From Phoronis australis (taxonomy: Eukaryota > Animalia > Phoronida), in NCBI GenBank assembly GCA_002633005.1, contig NMRA01000282.1, positions 1 to 64,000 of the forward strand: a stretch of DNA of 64,000 nt, in the 5' to 3' direction. The notes below the pieces were generated by a model. That model made no database searches and was not told the DNA's origin. It saw nothing but the letters and a program-made list of their open reading frames with translations. The position numbers and the translations under genes are program-made. Shown here piece after piece: positions 40,931 to 52,638 of this stretch (positions are counted from its first letter, which is position 1; each line of letters begins with the position of its first letter).

Positions 40931-43900
40931 CATACCATTGAAATTTTAAGGTAGGCATAGACGTCATTTCTACACTCTTTTTACCTGTCGATGTATTGAA
41001 TGGTATGTACGAAGATCGAAATAATACTCAATCAGAGAAAGTAAATGTTTGAGTCATTTCCTGTGTGGTTGAGTAAACTGATTTTTTTATTTGTGTTTTG
41101 AGATGCGAGTAAAGTGAAAGAAGGCTAAGAGGCACAGAAGACGGCGAGCTACAATTGCTTCAGCCTCAAGTAGGCCTAAACTGTAACTAAGCTGCGAGCT
41201 CACGTCGCGGCGAGAACGATCGAATGGTTTAGAGTTGTGTTTCCACGTCTTGACGAGAGCTGTCACCTCATGTAGCTGTCGTTCATTTAAGGTAGACAGC
41301 CTTGCTCGTAGCGGTGGCTCAAACGCGCTGAAGATAAAAATGATTACGATGATGAGTAAAGGTAGATAATTTGTGAGAAACGAAGACAACGTGGATGATA
41401 ACAGACGATGACGACGACGCTGACGAATCGAGGACGACGATGGTTGGGATAATTCATTATGGAAAATGTTGCACTTCTAATTCTATTCGCAAAATGTAAA
41501 CCAGCGTGTCGGGTTCACAATATATCATACAGACCATGAACAATGCCTGGCAACTTGGTCTGAGAATGGTATCTTCAGTTTTGATAAGAACGTGATACTT
41601 GTTTGGTTTTCGTTTGTCCAGGTCTTCTTTAAACGGATTTGCCAAGGTCAAGTAGCGACGAAAATAACATCCTAATGCTTTATACACCCATCGACTGCGT
41701 TTTCTTATCTCTAACAAAAGTGGGTTGATAGAAATAAAAGGAGGTGACAGGTTGGATCTGAGATCTCGGTATCGTATTTTGCGGGTGGGTCTTGTTTAAT
41801 TAATCACAAAATGACGTAGAGAAGCGGTCACGTCTTCATGTATAGGCCTATAAAAATATCGACCATGGCAATCGTTGGTGCAATGAACCGCTTCGCAGAA
41901 ATTGACGGTATGAAGGCGATAATGTGTAAACACGTAAGTCTGCGGTAGATATTGCAGCAATGATGAATATTTTTAGTTGAAAACTTTGACAATTTGAAAC
42001 AAAAATTTGACCTTACTCCTAAATATCACCCTAGACTTCGGGAAATGCCGGGCCTTCCATGAACCGCTCCGTTTCCTTTGCTGGTATCAGTTATTTGTTC
42101 AACAATAAGCTTATGGGGTTAAATTTAGTTCACTCTAATTTGGCACTAATCATGACCGAATTTTGTGGATACCCAGGTAATCGCAGAGTGCACAATGACA
42201 TGTTGTTGTTGAACTCAAGAACACACAACCAAAACTAATGGTAATGAGATATTTATGAAATCGCACGAAATCAGCTACTGCCGCGCTGTTGAGAGAAACC
42301 CCCTACACAGATTTCGTTTGCACTAACATTGTATGTGAATTTATCAGCACCAACTTTTCAACAAGGATTCGTTATAATGGCGCCACACTCCTACCTTACC
42401 CGACATTCAGATAGGAGTAGGTGTTACGTAATGACGAGTGACCGATCTGAAGCCCACAGGTCAATTAGTACTTAATTGATTACCATAAAGCCCTAAACGT
42501 TTGTCCGTGAAGAAACGTCCAATGGATAAGAACTTTCAAGCATGCGCACATAAAATTAACTTGTACAGAGGTAATGAAATATTGAAACCACTCGTGAAGG
42601 TGCTGTCGTTCGAACCTTAAGCTACTTTCCCGTTATAATTTGCTGATAACGTTAATCAATCTAAAGTTATTAAAGATACATATCATTTCATCTTAGATAA
42701 GATTGAGATTCATGTTGTCGTGTTAATTTGATACTTAGTCGTATCCACGGTGCCCGCCTTGTTATATAACCTCGTCTGCGGATATACTTTTGGTTTGTAT
42801 TAGTTTTATCAATAGCACGCCATTTCTTGACGGTCGATTTTTGTATTATATCTTGAAGATCAGCATACATGGGTGACACGAAAATCCAGTAACGACCAAT
42901 AATATCCGGCCAAAGGCATCGCACGCAATGGCAGGCATAGCGTGACTAAGCGCAAGCGCAGGTAGAACGTGGCTAATTGTGTAGTACAGCATTCCGCCAC
43001 GGGTCCATATCTCAATGAATTTCCGCATACATACACCACACGCGCACATCTGAATTGTGTGAAAAACCAATATTGTTTTTCGGTACATCAATGTTTTTCA
43101 AGTCCATTGGTCACATATTACAAAATAAGCAGAAAGCAGACTATTGGTATCGCGTAAAAACAGATCAGTTTATTCGATTGTTTGCCTTTTCAAGAATTGT
43201 TGCTAAGAATGAACCATACTTTTGGATCAAAATATGACGCATTTCTTCAAAAGCTTCACCGAATCTCCAAAATATTCCCCACGATGTTAAGCGTTTTGTC
43301 CAACAGTGAATGTCACGTTAAATGGTCAACGGCGCTAAAATAAACAGGTTGCTGCGGTAAAACACTTGTAGAGTGAATTGTAAACGATGTCGTGTTGGTA
43401 CTGAGGATTAAAGTTGAGCATTTACCAAATGAGAAGCTGACCTTCAGGCAATCAGGTCACAGATTCGATATCGACAAGAAAGAAAGTCTTTAAATCGTAT
43501 AATGGAACGTTTTACGTTCAGTTCATCCCCCTTTGCAAATAATAGAACAATTAACAGAGCATTGTGTTTAGTTGAGGTAATAGTAACCCTTATTTTCGAT
43601 GTCGATGTAGACATCGGAGGTCTACGACGACTAAGGAGTTAGAAATGTGTTATTGTTTAGGTGAATATGAAAGATGGCGTACTGCTAGGCATAACTGCTC
43701 CATCATGGAACAGCTTTGTCCTGTTGTAGTAAAGGCTGTCTCTCGCTAGAACAGAAAGCAGCAATAGCAATGCGCGTGCCCGGCGCACGAGACCGGTAAC
43801 TGACTGCTGCCTCTCGTGAGCTACTTGGTCGCAAGTTTTAATGCTCCACTATGAGTAATACGGTACACGAGCGCTTCGCCAAGTGATTTTTTACTGTCTT

Positions 43901-45789
43901 TCTGTAACTGTTGTGTTTTTCGTGCAAATAATTCTATTTTTGCATTTGTTTAATTCACATTTACGTTTTTTATGATGCGCGTGAATCTACGCAGTAATGC
44001 TACGTCACCGACACATCTAACTGTCTATCAGGCACCTACCACTTTTCCAATAGCTCCGCAACACCATGTGGTCCACAGATCATTGAGTAGCACCTCGTCG
44101 AAGAGGCAATTCAACAGACTATAGGATAACATTTGTACAATTCTTGTTGATCCTTGCCTGATAAGAAGGCTTAAAAAAGAGCAAGAACGATGGTTCTATC
44201 GAGTCGCCTTTATTGACTCGCGTTCAAATTGTCTGCGAATTGTAACAAAGAGCTGAATGACTGGATGTCACTGACGAGTGCTTCGGAATCTAGTCGAGTG
44301 GCTGTATTGGGCATTTCGATAAAGTCTCAAGAGATTTACAATATTTGTTCGCAAGAACTTATGAAATAGCTTTTTAGTTGAAGGGTAACAAATCAAGTCA
44401 GAATGGCTTAAGCCATGCCAAACCACCTAGGCGAGCAGTCAATAGTAAATATGAGGTTTTAGTAATGATGTGTATTTAATACACGGAGAAAACCCACCGG
44501 ACAAAACAGATTTGTATTGGTTGGGCATGTGGACAAGGGAGGATTCGTTTGTCAACATCACTCTGACACCTGAAGTTAATAGAGACAATTTCGTAATAGC
44601 GTGGCACATGCAACAGTGCACAGCGGGTGGCGTAAGAACACGGAGCCTGAACTCGGTCACAAGTTCAGAGCACGACAGTGGAAGGCAGCGAGGGCAAATA
44701 CCGCCACCTACACACCTTAGATATTAAATACGTCATCAACACTTCAGTACTCATGAAAAACAAGTCCACGAGGTTATTAACTTCTACTTCTCTCGCGTGG
44801 TTTGAAACTCTATCCCACATTACTGCCGAAATTATTTGTGAACATATTTGAATATAATTGGTAATCCGATGAAAAATTCAAATTGAGTAGTTGGATATGT
44901 TTAATGAAGGGTAGAGTTTCTGCTAAGCTGTATGTGTGGTTGACAGACAACGAGGCGAAGTGTTCTTCGAAACGTCTGGCAGACAGTTCCCCTACTCTGA
45001 ACAAAAATTACCCTTGAAGTTTGAGTTGCACACGCGGATTTCGGGCATTAGTCACCTACAGGGGTACCACATTTTGAGAACCAGTTTTCTCCACTGAATA
45101 ACTAGTGTCATACTGGATCTCAAAATGCAGGACCGTTGGAGTTAATTATTGCCGCAAATTGTCCCTAGGTGCACATTCGCCAACAAGCGCTGGTGTCCAT
45201 GGAACGAGCTGGAGGTCTTTTGGAAATGTAATAGTTGCAGCACGTTTCAAGAATAAATAAAAATCGGGCCAAATGGAAGAAGATTGTTTCGCAACGGTAT
45301 CCAGCATTACGTAGAAGAGAAGTCATGCCACGTAAAATTCAACCGATAGAGTCAAAATTTTACGAGGGCGTGGCCATTCTTTTTGCCGACAGACAAACAT
45401 ATTGTCAGCGACACCACACCTCTTATCGAAGGTGTCAAGAAACAAGAGGTGGCGCGGTTTTCTCCACCAAAGGTGTAAATATCCTAATTCCTCTGTACAT
45501 ATTGTCTATTGCTTCTCACCGCCTCTCAAGTTTCATTCACACGCACCCACTACAGATGTTGTTGGTAACCGTCAAACACGGTAGTACTCGAGTCATTGCA
45601 CAGGTTATACACGATCTGTGCAGCTAACTAAAGGACCCTGAGTTAGGTTCCCATTGAAAGTCAAGCTAGCTCTCGGGGAGGCGCGCGCTTTAATACCTTT
45701 CACAGGGTATTAGCGTCTGCACATTTAAAGATGCTGTGTACAGTTAAATCGTGAATATGGCATGAAATACTAGTATACAAACAAACCCG

Positions 45790-45918
45790 GCCTCCCGTTC
45801 AGTAAGGCTAGGACCTCGCTAAAAAGCAAGACTTCGCGAGATTACGTGAGATATTGTCGTGCATTTTAAATGAGAACACGTGACTTTGACTAGGTTTTAG
45901 CTAGGACTGAACGCACGC
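45790..45918. mobile_element. MITE family C in hh intron 1
   Basis: CCCGTTCAGTAAGGCTAGGACCTCGCTAAAAAGCAAGACTTCGCGAG...ACTGAACGCACGC, matching the copies at ~24.0 and ~29.4 kb. Confidence 0.72.
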
Positions 45919-46903
45919 CCGGGTCTTCACCGGGAACCATACGAGAACTATTTACCATTACAATCTCACGAAAGTATGGTTTTGTTAGACATTTTTTATG
46001 TAAAAGAGTATAGTAATATGTCATTGTTACCCTAATAAAACAAGGCACAGTTTTTATTATTTGTTCATTTCTCTTTCACATAACGTTTCCAGTGATAGTT
46101 TGCAATTCTCCTTTCTAAACTCTATCAGACTGAGGTTGTGATACGTTATTCATGCTGTTACTCGTTGTTATTCGTGTGTGTCAGTTCTTGCCAAAATCAA
46201 CCAACTCAACTAACATGCACAATGGCAATGACTATAAATTCTAATGTATACCGCTGTTAGTTAGACGTTAATCAGGGCATCAGTTTTGGTGATTGGTTCA
46301 AAAATAAAATGCCAAACTAGTTGAAAAGAGTCCGTGAAACTGTCAGATCATCACATCATTGACAGGTCAGCCACGCCCACTAAGTCACGGGGCTCTTCTC
46401 GGGGTTCAGTCTTCATTACATTATTTTTGTCAACTTCCTCATGACAATACGCCAGCACTACAGCAACAGCAACGGATTCCACTGCTTCTGTCAGTTTCTG
46501 AATAATATTCATTCATAAATAAAAGCACCACGGTGCCGCATTTAAATACAGATGCGTAAGAGTCTAAATAATCTCCCGTTCTTGGATTCCATGTTATATC
46601 AGCCTTGGTCTCGTTACATCGTGACGCGAACATTCATCTTCGTAGCACATTATCCTGTTACGGAATAGATTAGCGCGTTCATGAGTCAAAGCTAAACGCG
46701 TTAACAACTGACCACCGGCTATGGATTCCACGCTAATATAGCATTAAGCAGCGGGAACCAGTGTGAGGTCTGCAAGATAGACCTCAGGCGAGATGTCGCA
46801 AACGAGGTGGCCATTTTGCATGTACTCAGACGGGTATCCCAAAAGTAAGATATTATAGATAATGTGCGAGGAAATCTTAAAGTTCACTCTCTTCTGATTC
46901 CAG

Positions 46904-47165
46904 CGTTGCAAAGACAAGCTCAAGAGTCTTTCTATAGCCGTGATGAACCACTGGCCAGGAATTAAACTACGAGTGACCGAGGCCTGGGACGATAAATTAA
47001 CCCATGCCAAAGACTCATTACATTACGAAGGCAGGGCGGTAGACATCACCACCTCCGACAAGGACAGGTCCAAGTACCCCATGCTGGCTAGCCTCGCTGT
47101 AGCAGCTGGATTTGATTGGGTGTACTACGAGTCACGTGGCCACATTCACTGCTCCGTGAAGTCAG
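46904..47165 (+). CDS. hh: hedgehog exon 2 (Hedge domain with Zn-binding residues)
   Basis: Acceptor ttccag| at 46903. Translates [64 protein letters not shown]. Donor G|gtgag at 47166. 262 nt, phase 0 to phase 1, same intron positions as bilaterian Hh genes. Confidence 0.98.
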
Positions 47166-47241
47166 GTGAGAATTAATCCAACTCCACAGACTGAGTACGT
47201 GACATACTACTCTAAGTTCTCAGAAACGGGTGCACAAAACA

Positions 47242-47380
47242 ACCATAGGGGGCTGGAGGGTTATAGCCCCCCCCCCCTTCCACTTTTTCAGTGCTACCCC
47301 GCAAGTGGTCTATAGGCGGTGCACCACAGGGGGGCTGAGGGGCTTTAGCCCCCACTTTTTTCAGTGCTGCGCCGCCCATA
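47242..47380. mobile_element. MITE family A (dimeric, inverted, degenerate left end) in hh intron 2
   Basis: Reverse-complement of the same unit twice, ending CAGTGCTGCGCCGCCCAT; no clear TSD. Confidence 0.7.
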
Positions 47381-48529
47381 CAAACGTACTAGCATCAAGT
47401 GAAGAGTCTCAATTGCATTCCACAGAAGCAGCAGGTCATCTGTTACCGTGCCGCTTCTGAGCAGTCTTTCACGTTTCTTCTCAGTTCCTCGTCAAGCGAT
47501 AGCATTTTCCCGTACCAAACACCTCGGGTATTTTCGTAGCCTAAAATTTGAGGCTCCGAAAATACCTGAGGTGTTCTTGATGACTGTGTCCTTGTTGAGG
47601 TGAGTCCTGGATGACCTAACCAAGGAACCAATCGGATACCTTTCAGCTGCTGAAATATCGTTGCTAGCTTAACAATGAGCGTAGGTCTACGTGTCCACTA
47701 TAGCTTAAAGGCCTACCCAGCTAAAATTAAATTTTCGGTCCTTGTCAATTAGCAATGGCAAGACAGGTAAACTGTCAATCAAGCTTGAGAAAGTAATTGA
47801 TCCAAAATACCAAAAAATGGGAAGAGACAACTCGCAAGCCAGTTAAAATACATGCCACGAGTTCACAAAAGCACTACATACGTCAGGCACGTTCCCAGCG
47901 CCAAAACAGGGGAAACCCCCGTTCCCACAAAACAGTGGCGACACGAGAATGTTATGACGCCAACTTCGGTCTGTGACAGAGTAGATACACGGGCAGAAAC
48001 GGTCACTGCTCCCGGGGACTTTCAACAAATAGGAAAACCTAATGAAACACGTACGGGTGGATACAAATAATTTAGTCAAATTTCACAAAGTGTCGTGAGT
48101 TGATGATAGATGTCTCATTCAATCCATCGAGGATGTCAGAGACACATCACCGCGTTAACGTCTCGTTTGTTTTTGTTGTATCCGAATCCTGACATATTTT
48201 GTTTACGGTCAAAACTAATGATCGTGTTTATATAAACTGAGGGATACTGCTACCAAAGTATTTAATGTTTACATTTGCTGTGTACAACGTATTTGTCCCA
48301 CTGTTAGCATCTAGGCACTCGAAGAACTTCTCACATGAAACAAGTCGGTTAAAGCTAATCCGATGTTTACCAAACTAGCAACTCATCTCCATCAACAGGT
48401 GTCGCAGTAGGTTAATTGAACATTTTATTGTTTCCGTGAGTCCATCACTAAATCTGTTATCGCTGAAATGTCGTCCGATTGTATCGGTAATAAACTCCTC
48501 GTAAATAGCACGCAAGATCCACCTACGAG

Positions 48530-48948
48530 AAATTCCAAATATTTTTATCTGAAAGAAACGAATTTCTGCTTAATCTAAGAAAATTAAATTCTATGAAATC
48601 TACCCCAAAAATTGACAAAAACACAACGCAAAGAATAGTCATAGAGCTACAGTATTCAATAACTGTCTTCAGGGCTTGGAAATTTCCTCTGTTAAGAAGA
48701 TTTCCTCTTTTTGGTTTCGCTTTCCTCAAATTTCAAATAATTTCATCTGAAACAAACGGATTTCTGTTTAATCTAAAAAAATTAATTTCTACGAAATCTA
48801 CCCCAAAAATTGACAAACACAAAACGCACAGAATAGTCATAGAGCTACAGTATTCAATAACTGTCTTCAGGGCTTGGAAATTTCCTCTTTTAAGAGGATT
48901 TCCTCTTTTTTGGTTTTGATTTCCTCAAATTTCAAATATTTTCATCTC
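48530..48948. repeat. 198-bp tandem duplication (about 2.1 copies) in hh intron 2
   Basis: GAAATCTACCCCAAAAATTGACAAA...GGGCTTGGAAATTTCCTCT recurs at an offset of 198 bp. Confidence 0.9.
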
Positions 48949-49700
48949 TCTTTTTATCGTTTTTATTCATGCAAAAACGCTTATTTCAGTTAAATTTTAC
49001 AACACAAAAAACATTTCTTTCACACAAGCCTATTTATTTGTGAAACGATACATCGCCTGTAAAATGTTCCTCTTTTTTGTCATTGGTTATACCAAACCCT
49101 CAGTATTTCTTTATCATAAACTCGACTGTTGCCAACAACCAAGGCACATTTGGTCTATTTAATACTCGATTTGTCTACGTGCTGGACGCTCCCTCCTGTT
49201 GATGCTGTTTTTCGAGAGTGCAAATATTGACATCTCAACAGATAGGTCACACTAAAGTGCGTCGGTTGTCAAGCAACTTTATGACTTTAACTGTATTTTT
49301 GGTGGTCAACCCGCCATAACAAGAAGAGCAACTTTAATGTTTGATGTCTACAAATGTGGCCACAAACACAAACGAACCGAGATATAAAGGGGCACAATGC
49401 GCAAAGTATGGCAGAGGCTTATGCAATCTATAGCAGTAAGATTGTCTTCTGTAACCATTTGTTGACCAGTTGTAGGAGGACAGGACCAACCCTACTAAAT
49501 GGCCTACGTGTATGTGGTTGATGACAGCACATGGGTTTACTATTCAGGGAAAGCCCGGATGCTTTATTCAAACACATGCAGACAGCTGGACACTAGGTTT
49601 TCAGAGTACATGAAGTTCTTTAGACCGGGTTTCTAGAATGAAGAGCGATTGCTTTATTTAAAATAATTTCGACTAAATGTAATGGTGTGTCTTTTTCCAG

Positions 49701-50380
49701 ACAACTCAGAAGCAATCAAGAGGGGAGGCGGATGTTTCCCTGGCGACGTCAAAATTAGGACCCAAAGCGGGCAGACGAAAAACATGTCGAGCCTACAAGT
49801 TGGAGAAAGGGTGCTTACAATGACAGATGAAGGGAAGCTGGTTTATAGCGAGGTGATCATGTTCATGGACAGGAACACCAAATCAAAAGCAGTCTACAAA
49901 AAATTGATACTGGACAGTGGAAAGTATCTCATGTTGACCGCCGATCATCTCGTTTACGTCAGCACATCAGGACATCATGACGTGGACGGCGACTTTCACG
50001 AAGCCGTCGTTGAATTCGCGAGCAATGTGAAAGTTGGTGACTATGTTCGCGCTGTGGCTAGCGGCGAAGTTATCGCTAGTAAAGTAGTTGACATTCAAAC
50101 AGAAACCAAAGACGGCGTGTACGCCCCACTTACGCTTCAAGGGACAATAGTAGCAAACGACGTGGTCGCATCTTGCTACGCCGTGGTGAACAGTCATGCA
50201 TTGGCGCACAGTGTGTTCGCTCCCGTGCGTTTTATTCACAACCTGAAGGACTATTTCGGTATCCGTGGGATGGATTCCGGAGCAACGACAGAGTCGAGTG
50301 AAGGAATAAATTGGTATCCTAATATATTTCACAAAATAGCACCGTACGTTCTCAATAAAAATATGTTCCTGAAGCTGTAA
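49701..50380 (+). CDS. hh: hedgehog exon 3 (GCF cleavage site, Hint autoprocessing domain, sterol-recognition region)
   Basis: Acceptor tttttccag| at 49700; G+AC=Asp keeps the frame. GGG|CFPG, VIMFMDR, LMLTADHLVYV (block B TxxH), GVYAPLT..GTIVANDVVASCYA, ALAHSVFAP, GINWY; stop TAA. Spliced CDS 312+262+680=1254 nt = 417 aa. Confidence 0.98.
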
Positions 50381-50969
50381 CCAAGAACATTTCCGGTGGT
50401 GTTGACGACGTTTCGTGGCCCAAAAAGTGGATAAACCGTAACAGGTCGAGTCAAAAGGTCGGGCCCATCAGCCTCGACTAATGAGGAACACGCCAAGGTT
50501 TGGGTGCCACGTAAAATAAAAAGATGAATGCCAAAACTGACAGACATGTCACATAGCAATGGACTCGTGTTAAAGTACTGAAAATGAACAAATACGACAA
50601 AAAACTCGAAGCTTGGGCCAAGCAAAGACTGATGGTGATGCAGTAACGGTGACAGCTCGTTCGGACAAGTCTTCGGACGGAATCGAGGAAATCGTCCATG
50701 TTCAAAATACCTGAATATTTCGAGTATGCTTAGCTCAACAAAATTAACGAAGGAAACACTTCACTTAATGTCTTTTATTGTTATTACAACACATTTATAA
50801 AACAGCGACCAGTGGAATCAGCACAAAAGCACTAAAAAGTCTTTTGACATCGCAGTGTCTCACTAGTGCCATATACAGCGCCACTCTTGAGCAATACAAC
50901 GGTATGGTAGCCATTTTTTCTGTAAAACTTGGAGTTTACGTTCCTAATTTCAACCCTTTACACAAAGAA

Positions 50970-51117
50970 CATGGCGGCGCACCATAGGGGGGCTGGGAGG
51001 CTATAGGCCCCACTTTTTTCAGTGCTGTGCTGCCTAGGGTCCATAGTGATACACCACAGGGGGGCTGGGGGGGGGGGGCTTTAGCACCCCACCTTTTTCA
51101 GTGCTGCGCCGCCCATG
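50970..51117. mobile_element. MITE family A (dimeric, inverted), 5-bp TSD AAGAA, between hh and JMJD4 3' ends
   Basis: CATGGCGGCGCACC...GTGCTGCGCCGCCCATG with AAGAA at 50965-50969 and 51118-51122. Confidence 0.82.
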
Positions 51118-51607
51118 AAGAAGAGCGCAGAACATGGTTCAAAACAAGACCGACTTGCTCTATACCAGCCGCGAACTTCACCTGCGATTTTGACTTGTGA
51201 CTAAATTTTAGTATCGAAACCAATGCTTTTAAGTTCTACCACAATACTAGGTGAATTACGATTTATTATTTGCTGAAATGACTGTTTCAACATTAGGGAG
51301 GACATACATATCAGAAACGCGGGAATATTACGACAAAGAAAGAACAACTGCTAGATGTGCTATAGCAGAAACTTAGTATTACCGCTGAAGAGGTTTGTCT
51401 ACACATTGCCTGGTTGTCTCCTATTCAGCGAAATTTATCACCAATAAATTACATGTGAAGGAGGATTCTGGTGAGAGTGTGAACTGAACGAAAGAAGTGC
51501 TTAATGCAACGCATTTGAGAGTGTATATATTTTTTGTCTGAAAAGAATAATTTATTATTATAATGATCACTTTCTACTTAATATACCTTTAAGAATGGTA
51601 TCTTAAA

Positions 51608-51610
<3 letters not shown>

Positions 51611-51644
<34 letters not shown>
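51611..51644. repeat. (AT)n microsatellite
   Basis: Direct reading. Confidence 0.95.
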
Positions 51645-51651
<7 letters not shown>

Positions 51652-52221
51652 CTCAGTGTTCAAGCAAACCTTGCTGGGAAGCAAAACTGAGAACAGGCCT
51701 CTATTTATAGTTTTTCAGTGAATGTGTATTTTAATTATTATTATTATTATTATATAATAATATGGGTAGAATATCATTAATATTAGAAACGGCTCTTCGT
51801 CATTCCAGTAAACTATTACTATTTTGTATTTCAAACTGATATTAATCTACTTGTAAAAAGCAGCAGTTGCAAATAAATGTTTTCATATAAAACTAGTGGC
51901 TCTTATAGTATTGTTATTCAACATTACTTTTTCAGGAAACACATTTTAATGTTTACCTCCAACAAGTTTGAAACCCACAGAAACAGCCAAACTGTTGTGA
52001 AACTAGTACAGGAACATCTATCCTTTGAACACAAGATGTTGCCTCTTTACAATACATGCGATTTACCAACTTTACACCAGGTGGCACCAGCAAGAAAACC
52101 CACAGATTAGGAACTATAACTGACAAATTCAACTGCATTGCTTCTATTGAACACATTTTACAGTGTGCACAGGAAAGCCCATGGTAGTCTTCAACCAAAA
52201 GCAAAGAATTAATATTTTCAG

Positions 52222-52638
52222 TCACCTGTTATCAAACTGGTGTAAAACTGTTCTTGCACTCTCTGACAATTCATCAGCACTCAAGTTTAGCACTACAAAG
52301 TCCGCGCTCTCTTTCATCATGTTTAAAACACTAATGACTCTCTCCAAATCAAATACCCAGTAGCTAACTTTCCTGTCATGTCCCTTTTCACAATATGACA
52401 AAATTTCTCTAAAGTCATGGTGTACGCCTCCTGGATCTTTATTGTCACCCTTGCAACCACAACAACCAGGTTTAGGAGGATAAATGGCCAAACCAGGCAA
52501 ATGGCTGGTGCCACTGTTGAAATTGTCCATACAATGTGAGTCACTTTCTTTCAAAACTTTTATCCGGTTCTCAGCAATATGTGAAATAAACTGGTAGAAC
52601 TCTGCATAGTCTATGCCATTGCACGATTTTAAAATGAG
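52222..52638 (-). CDS. JMJD4: JMJD4-like terminal coding exon 7
   Basis: ttgcag|LILKSCNGIDYAEFYQFISHIAENRI...VFDLERVISVL...; stop TGA. The seven exons sum to 1344 nt (447 aa) in frame. Confidence 0.9.
   Translation of the reverse strand, partial: LILKSCNGIDYAEFYQFISHIAENRIKVLKESDSHCMDNFNSGTSHLPGLAIYPPKPGCCGCKGDNKDPGGVHHDFREILSYCEKGHDRKVSYWVFDLERVISVLNMMKESADFVVLNLSADELSESARTVLHQFDNR

Noticed and set aside
46940-47176. ORF-track boundaries for hh and JMJD4 pieces (also 30948-31352, 49682-50380, 55267-55614 and others)
   Set aside because: These are exons with read-through into introns; replaced by splice-site-based coordinates.
48593-48919. 108-aa ORF with an internal repeat
   Set aside because: By-product of the 198-bp intronic tandem duplication; no domain or convincing splice sites.
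49733-50180. Hint domain as a self-splicing intein or mobile element
   Set aside because: It is the normal Hedgehog autoprocessing domain: no homing endonuclease, no terminal His-Asn, and it is followed by the sterol-recognition region.
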